A stretch of DNA of 64,000 nt, from positions 33,728,001 through 33,792,000 of the forward strand of contig NC_043002.1 of NCBI RefSeq assembly GCF_006345805.1. The letters run 5' to 3'. The DNA comes from Octopus sinensis (taxonomy: Eukaryota). Positions 23,812 to 37,738 of this stretch are shown in pieces (position 1 is the first letter of the stretch; each line of letters opens with the position of its first letter). Made by a program: the position numbers and the translations under genes. The notes beneath the pieces were generated by a model. It saw only the letters and a program-made list of their open reading frames with translations, made no database searches and was not told where the DNA came from.

Positions 23812-24625
23812 CATTCCTACAGATGTGTACCCCACAGACTTCGTTTCCTCATAACTTCCAGAAAAATGGATATTTTAAAATAAAATTTTCTACAAATATG
23901 CTTAAATATGCTTCAGATGGTGTAGAGTCTCATTATATTGGAATTTATTGTGAAAAATGTTTCCAAGGGTGAGGTGAGGAGTTTCTAAAAATTCACATGA
24001 GACAGCTTTATTTCCTAACTTTCAGAAAAATGGGTAATTCTTTATGAAATTTTCTAGAAATACTTTTCAGGGTGTGTAAATTACGATTATATCGGAATTT
24101 CATGTGAAAAGTAAAACAGTGAACACACACGCATACATACTGACGCGCATCACAATTTTCTTCGAAATTTCAAGTTTCATTTTCTAGAAATATGTGACGT
24201 GAATCAGTATGAATGTATACGAGCCCGCCAAATGTTTTGTTTTGTTTTTTCATATTAAATTCCTATATAATTGTAATCTATACACTCTGAAAGGTATTTA
24301 TAGAAAATTAGGTAATTTTCTGAAAGTTATATGTAAACAAAGCCGTCTCGAGTAAATTTCCCTAAACACCTCACCTGACCCTCGGAAACTTTTTTTTCAC
24401 AATAAATTCCGATATAATGAGTATCTACATAATCTGAAGCATATTTGTAGAAAATTTCATTAAAAAATATCCATTTTTCTGATAGTTATCTGGAAACAAA
24501 GTTGGTGTGGTTCACATCTGGGCGGATGTAAATACGCACAGTGCACGTTATCGGCGTAACTGTAAACCTTACACTAAACACTGGGTGTGCGTATTTTTTT
24601 ACCTTCGCTCACATCTGTAGGAATG
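23812..24625. mobile_element. Fold-back/MITE-like element with long imperfect inverted repeats
   Basis: CATTCCTACAGATGTG (23812-23827) and CACATCTGTAGGAATG (24610-24625). Inner arms of about 23830-24115 and 24260-24520 are mutual reverse complements. Confidence 0.7.
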
Positions 24626-24856
24626 TCATACAACCTAAAGTATTGACAGAACAGGGACACACGAGATAACGTAAACCTAATTATACTATCTCAATTTACG
24701 ACGGCATAGTCACGGCTAGAGCGTCTATCATAAGCGAGTTGGATTAAACAATGATACTTTATATTAGACATGAGCAGTCTACTATTATTACTGTTGCTAC
24801 CATTAAACATCACGACGCTGCACAACATGATGTAGCCCCAAAAATATCTGACTTAC

Positions 24857-25060
24857 CAAGAATCACAGAATGAACGGGTTTCGGAAGAAAAATAACTTTT
24901 ACGATTCCCGCGTTAATCAACCGGAAGCGATACAAGAGATATAACTCCACTTCAAGGGAGATAACTCTAAACATATATTGTTATATTCAACGCCATGGAA
25001 AGGGTTAAACGTGACCCTTTTCATATGGTTTTGTTTAATATATTTATTTCCATCGATATT
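24857..25060 (-). promoter_or_regulatory. ORC4: Candidate ORC4 non-coding first exon and promoter
   Basis: Strong donor TTCTTG|GTAAGTCAG at 24857, local CpG enrichment, ETS-like ACCGGAAG (24920-24927) and E2F-like ATTCCCGCG (24904-24912). The link to ORC4 is inferred from position and orientation. Confidence 0.6.
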
Positions 25061-26849
25061 ATCCATAAAAGTGACAGCATAGATCACTGGAAAATGTAGA
25101 ATTGCTTTTGACTAGTTTTCAGCGTGGAAGTCTACATTAATCGGACGTATTACATTAATTCATTGACCAAATATATTGTCTCTATGTTTAGGACATTCTG
25201 AAACTAGATTATAGATTTTTTTTTATAGTTCTAATCGTTTCCTGACCCTAAACCAGTTCAACGATGGCACACATTCCAGAACTTCCTTTGTTTTTTTTTT
25301 TATAACTTTACTCGAGTATAAAGCTACACCTGAGCACTGTACACAATTATTATTATTATTATTTACCACTTTTTGGCACCAAAAAATCGTATATTCCATC
25401 TGAACTTTCATTATACTTGACTAGGACTGTCAAATTTCTTCCAGCCTGTTGAAGATTTTCAAATTTTCACCAGATTATTTACAAATAATTTAGTTCCAAG
25501 TGGTTGTTAGTAATTGACTATAAAGTTCTCACCTCCTTTTCTGTTTAATTCAGACATAGTGTGACAAGATTGGACCGTTTGAATTACTGGTACAATCCAT
25601 CTCAAAAGTTTTCAGACAGTGTCTTTCAACCCATTTTCATATATAAGACTTTGATCACCTGAAACTGTACTAAAAGACACTTGCCCAAGATGGCACATAA
25701 TGGGATCAAACCTGAAGCCATGTGATTGGGAAATTAATTTCTTGACCATCCAGCTATGCTATGTCCACATAAATAAATACGATAATCAAAAGAGTAATGT
25801 AGGCAGCTATAACTGTTTTTGCAAAGTCCCCAGGATTTGTGGTCATAAAGAAAGAAATTATTCTTGGACCATAAACCTGGTAAATGCTGGCAATACATTA
25901 ACTTAGCAAAGGTTCACAAAACCATTAAGTCTCCCACAGGCAACTGTTCTACATACATTCTAGACTGATACATATATTCCACATACATTCTAGACTGATA
26001 ATATAGAACTAGTGGAAACTGTGAATATTTCACAGAATTAATGGTAAACCTGTTGGGTTATTTCTGAAAATCTTATCCAAAAAACCTGAAGGTATAGCCT
26101 GCATTGTGTGTCTGTATGGAAAGATAGTCACTCATCTGCTACTCATTGAAAAAAGTGAAAGAAACTGGAATACGATGATTAGTTTATGCACAATTTTATA
26201 GACTTAATACACAGCACTCATAAAATAAATATTCACTCTTATTTTTTCCATAAACAAAAACAAAATATCCTGTACATATGATACGACCTTTAGTTAAATT
26301 GCATATATCTTCCATGTAAACAAGCATGAATATTTCATGGAATTGCACTTATGCACATGCATTAAATGATAAGTGATATAAAAAACATAGTCCAATTTTT
26401 AAAAAATACACTTTTCACTACCCAACCATAATCACCACCTCCATCATATCTCTCTCCTTCTCCCTCCTCATTCTCTCTATGCTTTTCTTTAATCATACCA
26501 TCAGAACATCACCCCTCTGCAAAAATTATATTTCTAACTCTCTCTATATCACTACCTTCAACTAACTTTTTAACCACATAATAAATACTACATTCACCCT
26601 ACCACACATCATGGATGCTCTTTTTCTCCCTCTTTTTGTCTCACTCTTTGCCTTATCCTCTTTTTCTCTCCTCTCTTTCCCTTCAACTAATCACTTGATA
26701 GCATTACAATTACATTCCCTGCTTCTCTCTTTCTCCCTCTTTTCCTCTAATCATGTGAAAGCAGTACCAATGGGCTAGTTAACATAATGACAAGCAGAAT
26801 TATTATAAGATGGGGTGACTGTTACACATATATGCAAATATATTTTAAC

Positions 26850-28100
26850 TCAATTACATTGTCCCTGCTGTCAACCAAACCAAAGCAAATTGAAAAAGCA
26901 AACTGCAGGTACACAACATTTTGTTGTTTCAGTTATCATCAAATTCGATATGGGCATAGCACAATATATGAACATGTTGATTTGCCACAGCAGCAATTTT
27001 ACTTTTTAAACTATTATGCTACCCATGGTAGCTAGCAGCACCATCTGTGGTATCAGATAAACATTTTGGGGGATCAATTCTAAGATGCCATATTTCAGTC
27101 AATAGGTCAAAAAGTCCCTGTCCTGTACCATCATTACTTGGCACAACTTAAAGTAGTCGCTCACAGATAACACTTTTAAGCACATACTGAATAATAATGC
27201 TAAACTGATCAATGGATGAATTATCTTTAGTTAAATCAACCTGAATAGAGTAATACATTGCTTGGGAAACTTCATGACTAATACTTTCTTGTATTCTTCA
27301 TAATTTGGATTAACATATTAATAGTTGTTTTATGTAACAAGTCCACCATGGCCTTTACTTCAAGCCTTTCCTTGTTCCAATTGTTTGAGTCTTTGTCCAG
27401 ACTTGTTTTGCACTGTAGAAACATGAGCTGCCATAATGGTGTTATATTTTGCCATCAACTTCACTGTAGCTAAAAAAATTGCCAGGATTCAGAACCTCAT
27501 TATCCAGAATGTAAGCCAATTCATTTCTGTGACCTCAAAAAAGAAATACTTGCTTAACATCTTTTTGATGTCTATAATTCTCATGACAATACTCTTCTGC
27601 TTCAATTCAATACTTCTTTCCTTTTAATTAGTGATGCTGCCAAAAGATTTTCTATAATGCCATCATTAACCACACTGATATATTGCTGAGCATTTCTGAT
27701 GGATGTTGTGATTTGTGTAAAGTCAAGCTCTGGCTAACACACCTGTAGTCACTAAAACCACATACAAAGAGTGATAGATTACAAATGTTGGGAGACTCAA
27801 AGGCTATGTAATACGAACAGTATAAGTACGTATTTTCTTTGTTATATGTTAGCCATTTTCTTGGGACTGAGCCATTCATAATTTTCCTCTCATACAGACA
27901 AGCATCAAATGGCAGATCACCAAGTGGCTGAAATGGATGTTCGGCAAAAAAACTCAGATTTGTTTGTGATGGATATTGGAAAATTCCAGTAGTTGACCTT
28001 TCATTTTCTTGTGTAGGTTCAGTTACAGGATGTGCTTCAGAAACCAAGTCATTTATGCCTGAATTAATATCTGATTCCCTGTCACTCACTTGTTGAAGCT
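26850..28100 (-). mobile_element. Degenerate hAT transposase (ZMYM1/TTF-zinc-finger type)
   Basis: Minus-strand remnants HPFQP..PRKWLTY..LYC..F..GFSDYR (TTF-like zinc finger), RGH..NPGNFLA, SDTTDGAASYHG and HVHILCYAH (CxxH). Many stops and frameshifts. Confidence 0.75.
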
Positions 28101-30374
28101 AAGTACTCAGATGTTGCAACTACAAGCAGTACAGATACTGGATCAATGAAGCTAGAAATAGTACTGGGACTGGGTTGACTTGCAAAGGATGCACTCGTAT
28201 TTCTCTCTACATTCAAAGTAATTCTTCCCAGTTCTTGCAACTCACATGTCGCTGCATCATCACCATGAGTATTGTTTCTTGCATCTTAATTATTTGTTGC
28301 AGAGCTGAACATTTGTGTGGATGGTGGTTGAGGTGTTATAAAATCTGTAACAGACTTGTACCACTTGGCTGATTCCTGCCTTTCTGCTTCTTGTCGCTCT
28401 TTGCATTTCACTGATCCAGATTTATGCTTTTTCTTTTTCCATGCTGTTAGGGGTAATATTCCTGATATTAAAATTCAAAACTTAATTAAAAATACCTCAC
28501 ATTGGAAAAAAGGAACATATATTATTTTCTACACATAAATACTAATACATTATTAGGATTACTAGGATAAATATACTTGGATTATATATTTTTAAAATAT
28601 TTTAGTTAGTTTAAGCATGTTGGTTGAATGGTTGATATAACTTAAAACCAGATAAATAGTATTATTCACCCTCACAACCTCATATTATCATTTTTCATGT
28701 AGGAGATGAAAAAGAAATCTGGAACATTATCTCCTTAGATTTTTTTTTCTTCAAGAAGTGGTTTGACAATTGATTGATTGATTCTAGTTTCAGCTTATGA
28801 GCTGTGGCCATGCTGGGGCACTGCCATTAATATTTCTTAAAACTAAATATTTTAACCCTTTTGTGTCTGCATTATTTCTGATCTATATGCTTTTGATGTC
28901 TGAATTTGTAGGTGAGAAATGAAAATCAACATATTTATGCATCATGCAGTTAAGAAGAAATTATTGAGGTAGAGTTTTGGATCAGGAAGCCCACATAACT
29001 TTAATTTTCTCCATTTTGACAGGGATTTTTCCAGTTTTATTTTTCATGCAGGCCTTCGAGGTAATGTGTTGGTGGGGAACACTTTATGAAAAATTTTTAG
29101 AAAATTCATGATATTTTGTTCACTGATATTGGCCAATTTGTTTGTGAGGGATTTGCCTACTATTTGTTTGGCACTATGCACTTAAAAACCATGAGAGAAA
29201 CCTTTTCATGTATGTGTGTGTGAGTGCCTTTAACTCCAGGGTCATTGCTCAGTCATGCATTGAAAACACAAATTTGAACTTCTTTCTATTTCTTTTTCTA
29301 TCCACTCATACTTACACAGAAGCATACATACATACACTGTCACACACACATACAAGGATATGTCAATTATAATCTGCTTCTGGTTTTATTGCTTGCTGTG
29401 TGGAGGCTAATAAGTGCTAGGTTCAACCCAATGCTAGCCAAAGTCCCCTAAGAAAATGAACAGTGGAAATCATATTGAAGACATTATTTGTTAATATTCT
29501 GAATAAAATGTGGCTGAAAGTTTTACATGTCTTTCTTGAAAATATACATTCTGCCTGTGTCCAGACTTTAGGGACACCCTGTGTATTAAACACTGTCCCT
29601 TCTACCACTATAGCTGCCTACACCCTATCCTACATTTAACACTCCTCTTCTACCACTATTATAACTAGTCTACCAACTTAATCTATATTAAACAGTCACT
29701 TCTACATTTATTGTTGCTGTAGCAGCACCAGGTCAGTCCTCATCCAAAAGTATTTTTGCAGTGTCCTTCCCATCATTTTTTTCCCAAAATTATCAAATGT
29801 CTTTCCTTTTTGGAATAGTGTGTTATATGGAGACATGGCTGAAATTCCTAACAAGGCGAGTGACACTGACTACCAGAGACTTCTAAGTTCCATAATAAAT
29901 TCAATTTCAATTATAACCTTTTACATGTTTCTCAAATTTTCTTCAGCAGATTTAGTGACCCACAACACTTCAACAAGACTGTTTATGCTTGTTAGTTGAA
30001 TCTGTTGGAAATAATTGGAAGAGGAAAAAGTTCAAGCACCTTGTTAAAATAATGCTTTTTTTATAAATTTTTATGGTGTGTGTGTCCATTCAATTCATGC
30101 CATGTTCAATGGTGACTCGCTGCACATGAACTTTTTCCTCAACATAGTAGTAGGCAAATCCCTCACAAACTACACCCTATAGTTTTAAAAGTACATTATA
30201 ATATAGTCTAGAGTACTCTATTACCACAAATATGATGAGGTAGAACAGTTTTGATCATAAGTGTGCTTAAGGAGAGCTGGCAACTCAGGATTTAACAACA
30301 TCTAGTTCTAATTAAATTCCCTCTCATAAACACTGCAGTCTACATCACTTTATTTATTATTATTATTATTATTG

Positions 30375-30590
30375 ATAGGCAGTGAGATGGCAGAATTGTT
30401 AGCACACCGGGCAAAATGATTAGTGGTATTTCACCTGTCTTTATGTTCCATGTTCAAATTCCACTGAGGTCAACTTTGCCTTTCATCCTTTTGGGGTCAA
30501 TAAATTAAGTACCAGTCAAGTACTGGGATCAATGTGATCGACTTTCCTCCTCCCCCAAAATTTTGGGCCTTGTGCCTATAGTAGAAAATA
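30375..30590 (+). mobile_element. SINE family B
   Basis: GGCAGTGAGATGGCAGAA..GTTCAAATTCCACTGAGGTCAACTTTGCCTTTCATCC. Confidence 0.8.
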
Positions 30591-30684
30591 TTATTATTGA
30601 TGATGATGTTGAGAGGAGGGGGGGCAAAGATTCATAGCAAGAAATATTGCCATGATGCACACAATATTTTTTTTATTTATGTAC

Positions 30685-30978
30685 CCTTTTCAAGCCTAGC
30701 CAGGCTCATGGGCACAGTTTCCCGGTTTCTATGGCGTATGTGTTCCCCCCAGCTGGACAGGCGCCAGTCCATTGCAGCTTTACCCAAGAAACAGGAAGAA
30801 AGAGTGAGAGAAAGTTGGGGCAAAAGAGTACAACAAGGGTCGCCACCACCCCCTGTCAGAGCCTTGTGGAACTTTAGGTGTTTTCACTCAATTAACACAC
30901 AACGCCCGGTCTGGGAATCGAAACTGCAATCCTCTTACCGCGAGTCTGCTGCCCTAACCACTGGGCCATTGTGCCTCC
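30685..30978 (-). mobile_element. tRNA-headed SINE, family E
   Basis: Minus strand reads GGAGGCACAATGGCCCAGTGGTTAGGGCAGCAGACTC..GTTTCGATTCCCAGACCGGGCG. Head fragments at about 36085-36130 and 41180-41292; related copy at 53095-53398. Confidence 0.8.
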
Positions 30979-32689
30979 GATGCACACAATATGCTGAAAC
31001 ACAATAACTATGGTAACATGAATGTCTCAGTAACATTCTGGGGGTAGCAAGCATGAGGAAGGTGCAGAAAGACTGAGAAACCAGCAGTGTTAGGTGATGA
31101 ACAAAGATGAGAAGGTGAACAATAAAATATTACTTCAAACACATCTACACAGGATAGAAAAGAAAAAAGAAGAAAAAAAGACAATAGAATATTTTATTAT
31201 CATAATTGTCTTCTTAGGTTAACAGATAAATTACAATGTTTTTTTTTTCTTTCAACTCATTAAAATCAAATCAATAAATACAATCAATAAATAGTTAAAG
31301 AAATAGTTCAGAATGGCGAGGAAATGACAATAACAATAAGAAATAATGAAATCAAAGAAAAAATACATCCATGTGGCTGTTTAACTGTAGGAGAAAGCGG
31401 AGAATAGATGAGTAATGTGTGGTTAATTAACATTTTAAGTAAGAGAACATGTTAATTAAAACATAGGACATAGTGACAAGGAAATCAGTGCCCATGTTAC
31501 AGGGGGAAATAACAGTGGATAGAATTATTAAAATGAAGGAAATAGAGGAGTTATTGTTTTGGGGAATAACAGACCTGAGCATATACATATATATAGCAAC
31601 ATGCACAACACATTATTAATGTGTGTGCGTATCTATATGTGTATGCACACACACATATATTATCATAGATGATTGTATCTTAACACATAAATATATACTT
31701 TCACAGATATTCATATACATACTTACATAAAAGCAAATATATGTATATGCATTTTAAGTTGTAGACGGCAGTTTTGCATTTGGGTAGCTAAAGTTTTGCA
31801 TAGGATTGCATCTTTTCAAGGAGAGGGTCATTATGTCAGATCCTGTCTATAGATGAAGACAATGCTTGATAAAGCTGCTAGTTCATAGATATATACATAT
31901 TTATACACACACACACATATATGGCAATGTACATACTAAATATTCATATGGTAGAGTCTCACATAAGTAACACAGTCTCCTGGGGTATTTCCCTGCCTTC
32001 CCTATTGTTGATAATCATAACCAGCATCACCGCTTTTGTTTTATATATCATCATCATTACCATTTAACAGCCATTTTTCCATGCTGGCATGGGTTAGATA
32101 ATTCAACAGAAACTTGCAAACCAGAGGGCTGCACTGAATATCTGCTTTGACATGGTACTATCATTGTATCACTTCACAGATTGGAGATTATCTCTTAGTC
32201 TTACTAACTGAGCTGAATATGCTTCTTTGAGAAGGTCTAACGGCTTTTTTCAAAATGGGCTGTACTGCCCCTAGGGAAGAAGGGCAACGAAAAATTTTAA
32301 ATGAACACTGGGAAGAAAGGTGGCAGGCAGGGTTATTGTTGATGTAGATGTATTTGTACAGTTTTTTTTTTGTTTTGTTTACAATTTAAATATTAACTTT
32401 TAAAATATATTTAAACATAATATTTAATAAACTGCTTGTTAATCACAATTGCATCAACAATAATATCAATAGACTTCAAAATGTGAATAAGTAAATAATC
32501 AAAACTGAATACATACCACCTCTGCATATAAGTTATGAATAATAAAATGAAGTATAGCCTAAAAGACATTCTCTCTCACTAAGCCCCGAAACTACTTTTC
32601 ACTTTTACTCCTATTACCCCTTCCCTAAAATGCTCTCTTACCACCTGTAAAAAAAACAAAAAACTGTAAAGACCCCAAATGACCATAGG

Positions 32690-32992
32690 ATGTACCTAGA
32701 AAGTTCCCCTCAGAGACACAAGTCTGGGTTAGGTTGTTTATGGAAGACCAGCAGTTACCCATGCATATCAACCTCCCTTTCCATGTCACTGATGTTATCC
32801 AAAGGAAAGGCAAAGGCTGATACAGTTTGGCACCAGTGATGCTGCAACTCACTTCTACAGCTGAGTGAACTAGAACAACTTGAAATAAAATGTCTTGCTC
32901 GAGAACACAATACAGAGCCTGGTTCCTGAATCAAACTCATTACCTCATGATTGTGAGCCCAATGCTTTAACCACTGAACCATGCACTTTCAC
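32690..32992 (-). mobile_element. SINE family D
   Basis: Homologous to 8130-8428. Confidence 0.8.
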
Positions 32993-34033
32993 AATATATA
33001 TTAAGCTCTCCACCACCTCTCTCAATAAGAAGACCTGAGAAACTCCAATAACAACTGTCTTGGATCATGATGAGCTATCCAACCCTTGCTGGCATGGTAG
33101 GGAGACCGACCAACCCTACCAATGGGTCCTGTCACTCAATCCCTCTGACATAGCTCTTCCTTTGTCTTCACCACTTTCACCACTTAACCTCCTTCTTCTA
33201 CTGAGGTATGGGCTGGACAATTCAACAGGACTGCATCAAGTTCCAGTGTCTGCTATGGCATGGTTTCTAAGGCTGGATGCCCTCACTAACACCAACCACT
33301 TTATAGAATTTACTGTACTGGGTGCACCAGCACTTACAATAATTTGTAACTAAAAGACAAAAAAAAAATAAACACTTCATGTAGCTAAAATTACTGGTGA
33401 CTTCTTTGCTTTTAAATTTTAAACACCTTCAGATAGAGTTTTTGTCTCCTAATTGCAAAGATAATCAAAGTTAAGTGAAATTTTTTTCAACTCACTTGGC
33501 TTAGGCATGGCATGTGATCAAGAAGTTTGCTTTCCATCTATATGGCTTTGAGTTCAGTTCCACCACATAGCACCTTGGAAAAGAGTCTTCAAATACAGCC
33601 TTAAGCCAATGAAAGCCTTGTGAATAGATATAGTAGACAGAAACAGAAAGAAACCAGTAGTACATGTGTGTGTGTGTGTGTGTGTGTGTTGTGTGTGTGT
33701 GTGTGTGTGTCCTTGTCTTGACAGTGCTTCATAGCTGTAAACAAGTGTCACCACTACACAAGTAGTGCTGTTCATTTCTAACCATCCATGAAAATAATTC
33801 TGGTCATGGGTAATATAACCGGGTGAGGGCTGGTGACAGGACAGACATCTGGCCATAGAGAATCTATCACAATGATTTCCAGTTCACCCATGCTTGCATA
33901 GAAATCCAGACAATAAAGCAAAGCAATGATGGTATATTACAATGTGAGACAGCCAAACATGCATTTAGTACACAGAGTAAAATGTTAGTGTCTCTCTCTC
34001 TCTCTATGTATATGTATGTGTGTGTGTATATAT

Positions 34034-34345
34034 ATCATCATCATCATTTAGCGTCCGTTTTCCATGCTAGCATGGGTTGGACGGTTCTACTGGGGTCTGT
34101 GAAGCCAGAAGGCTTCATCAGGCCCAGTCAAATCTGGCAGTGTTTCTACGGCTGGATGCCCTTCCTAACGCCAACCACTCCGTGAGTGTAGTGGGTGCTT
34201 TTTACGTGCCACCCGCACTGGTGCCAGACAGAGCTGGCAAACGGCCACGAACGGATGGTGCTTTTTATGTGCCACCGGCACGAGGGCCAGGCGAGGCTGG
34301 CAACGGACACGAAACGGGGCGGTGCTGGCAACGGTCGCGAAACGG
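34034..34345 (-). mobile_element. RTE 3' UTR fragment
   Basis: (TCA)n tail after a TG/TA tract, followed by the standard 3' UTR. Confidence 0.85.
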
Positions 34346-34980
34346 ATCCATGGATGTGACAGGTTCATACATATACACTCACACACACACACACACAAAT
34401 GTTGCTGATTCTGCAAGAACACAAGAAAATCAGTACAAAGTCAACAATGTGATGACTAATTACATTTCGACAGATCTAATTAGTGACACAATTTAACAAG
34501 GTGAAAGAAGAGCAGACATTCTTCTAAATATCTCTAAGTCTCTAATAGCTGTTTGTATATATATGTGAGTGACGAGGAGTACTTAGTGCTCAAAAGAAGT
34601 ATGTCTCTGATAACATAACAGAGATACATATGCAGAATACATATACCTACATATGTAGAAATACATACACATACACGCATATCAATACATATGCATGTAA
34701 ACGTAGACACACATACATATATAAACTCATATGAATATGCAGACACACATAAACATACTTACACACAAATATATATATTCTATTGTTTCCTTTTCTTCAT
34801 CTCTATGTACATTTTTAGTATATAATTGGTATATACACATACAAATACTTTTAAATTCTAAACCATTACATTTATGTGTGTATGTATGTGTGTGTATGCA
34901 AGTACATTTACATATATGTATGTATGTGTGTGTGATACACACTCACTTAAATGTGTGTATATAATTTTTTTTTTTATTCT

Positions 34981-35398
34981 TTATATCTGTTGAATTGCCC
35001 GGAAGCGAATGGCACGAAAAAATGCCAAAGACATGGCGAGCAGGAAGAGAACAACACCAAGAAGAGGCATGATGCTACTATAAATGAATGAGTCTTCAAA
35101 TGCAAATTGTTGATACCAAATAATAGCAAAGAGAATAATAAGGAATGGATAAACGACCCTCTCTATAAATGTCTCTTGTCTCCCCTCATTTATTGGGGGA
35201 GGTACAAACGCAGCACCGGCTTGATTTGATGTCGATTCCTCATTTCGACGAGCAAGGGAAGGTGTAATCAAACAATGGATAATGGAATTTCCCTTCACGT
35301 TACATGAACTCAGCGTGGAAGTATCATTACCAAGAGCTTTCCCGTTGAAGATGAAGCGTACCATTTTGTTATCTGAAAGTTCTTTTCTAAAATGTGAC
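34981..35398 (-). CDS. TMUB1: TMUB1/2-like last coding exon: rest of the ubiquitin-like domain and two C-terminal TM helices
   Basis: tcttacag|G TCA CAT TTT completes the CA| of the upstream exon. SHFRKELSDNKMVRFIFNGKALGNDTSTLSSCNVKGNSIIHCLIT is UBL-like; hydrophobic YPFLIILFAIIWY..LLGVVLFLLAMSLAFF; stop at 34981-34983. Orthology to TMUB1 versus TMUB2 cannot be resolved. Confidence 0.88.
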
Positions 35399-35479
35399 CT
35401 GTAAGACAAAAAAAAAAAGACAACCTTCAGATCAAAGGCAAAATGTTTGTTTAAAAATATAACATTAATTACATGTAAC

Positions 35480-36060
35480 AAGGTGGTGAGCTGGCAGAAT
35501 CATTAGCACGCTAGCCAAAATGCTTAGCAGCATTTTGTCTGTCTACATTATGAGTTCAAATTCCATTAAGGTTGACTTTATCTTTCATCCTTTCGGGGTC
35601 AATAAAATAAGCACCAGCTGAGCACTGGGGTTAGTTTAATTGATTTGGCCCCTCTCCTAAAAACTGCTGACCTTGTGTCAAAATTTGAAACTGATATTAC
35701 ATGTTAAAGATAGGTGCAAGTGTGGCTGTGTGGTAAGAAGCTTGCGTCCCAACCACATGGTTCCGGGTTCAGTCCCACAGTATGGTAACTTGAGCAAGTG
35801 TCTTCTATTATAACCTTGGGCCAACCAAAGCCTTGCGAGAGGATTTGGTAACTGGAAACTGAAAGAAGCCCATCGTATATATGAATATATTTGTGCATGT
35901 GTATGTCCATGTTTGTCCCCACCACCATCGCTTGACAACCGATGTCGGTATCTTTACATCCCCATAACTTAGCAGTTCAGCAAAAGAGACCGATAGAATA
36001 AGTACTAGACTTACAAAGAATAAGTCCAAGGGTCAATTTCTTTGGCTAAAAAAACCTTTA
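35480..36060 (+). mobile_element. SINE B (35480-35700) followed by SINE A (35714-36060)
   Basis: Family-diagnostic sequences as above. Confidence 0.82.
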
Positions 36061-36807
36061 AGGTGTTGCTCTACCATATGATCCTACGACCGCAAGTCCG
36101 CCGCTCTAACCACTGGGCCATTGCGCCTTCACTTATATAGGAAGGGCATCCAGCCGTAGAAACACTGCCAGATCAGACTGGGCCTGATGCAGCCTCCCGG
36201 CTTCACAGACCCCAGTTGAACCATTCAACCCATGCTAGCATGGAAAGCGGACGCCAAATGATGATGATGATATATGTATATGTATATACATAACACACAC
36301 ATTTGGTAAACAGAAACTGAAAGAAACCTGTCGTGTGTATGTGTGTTGTCTTTTTGCCTTAATATCACGATAGCAGCAAGCACATGTTACCAATCATACA
36401 CGTGTTGTCATTCATTTCAAGTCTTCCAGTCAAACATGAAAAAGTGGATATTAAAACTATACATATTCATGTATATGCGTGTATGTATATAATATTTAAA
36501 AGGATTCATGGACTCATAACTGCTGTACATCTTTTCAAAATTTCCATTTGCTATACAATCACAATAAATGGAAATTTTGGAAATATGTAAAACAGTTATT
36601 TAAATGAATCCAATTAAGGAAACACACATATTAAAAAAGTAACACACATATTAAAAAAGAATACAGTAGTTATTTAAATAAACCCATATAAATTTATATA
36701 CATAAAATACTATGGATTTTCTACAATATCAACTGATTAGCTACAAGTAAAAGTTTTGCATAATTTACATTGTTTCAGTGCTGAGATTCAAAGTTTATAG
36801 TTCATAC

Positions 36808-36947
36808 TGTTGTCTGGGGAGAGTCATTTTCTTTCTGTGCCTTATAATGTAACACACTCACCAGTAAGATTTCCACTTATTTCTTATTTGTATTTTCCTA
36901 AAATTTTCGTTGCATCTCGCAACCTTTTCAATAGTCTTGACTCTGTC
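36808..36947 (+). repeat. Single copy of repeat family F
   Basis: TTGTCTGGGGAGAGTCATTTT..CAATAGTCTTGACTCTGTC, near-identical to 5501-5640. Confidence 0.85.
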
Positions 36948-37738
36948 CGTTGCTCACACTGCATTCCTTTTCGTTTTTGTTTGTGCGCATGTGTGAGGGC
37001 CAGTGTGTGTGTGTGCCTATGCACACACATACACACACAAATATATATATATACGATGGGCTTCTTTCAGTTTCCAGCTACCAAATCCTCTCACAAGGCC
37101 TTGGTTGGCCTGAGGTTATAATAAAACAAATTATAGTTCATTGTTTGTCTTAAAACATTTTGATACATTTTTCATTAAAATTTAAACTATATCATCATCA
37201 TCATTTAACATCCATTCTCCATGCTGGCATAGGTTGGGTGGTTCAACAGGAGTTGGCCAGCTGGAGAGCTGCCCTGGTTCCATTTGACTATTTTGGCATG
37301 GTTTCTATAGCTGGATGCCTTTCCTAATGCCAATCATTTTAGAGTGTGCTCAGCGCTTTGAACATGGCACCTGCATGGGTGCTCTTACATGGCCTCAGCA
37401 TGTTTTTTTTTAACATGGCACCATCACCAGAGTCTTTATATGGTACTGACATGGATGCTTTTACATGGCATCATAAACATAAAAATTCACTGTAGAGATG
37501 AGGTTAATAATCTGAAAAATTACAATCTTAATTGAACAGAAAAGTTAATTTTTAAAAAAAATTTTAAGATATTTGTGATAAACCTGGTAAGCAATTGAAG
37601 AGAAATTTTATAAAATACAAGAGAGATTCGTTATAAAATCTCATGTGGTGCTGATCATCTAATTACATTATGACCTTGACTTATTACAAACCACATGTCC
37701 CAGTTTCGAATGTGTATAGAGAAAAATCAGTTACTTAC

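Noticed and set aside
27652-28089. 145-aa ORF as a domesticated ZMYM1-like gene
   Set aside because: The zinc-finger Cys is mutated (CSYY) and downstream hAT motifs are broken by stops and frameshifts; it is a fossil transposon.
28850-30140. Possible Tc1-like ends (GGGACACCCTGT near 29571) and decayed internal sequence
   Set aside because: No partner TIR or translatable motif could be identified with confidence.
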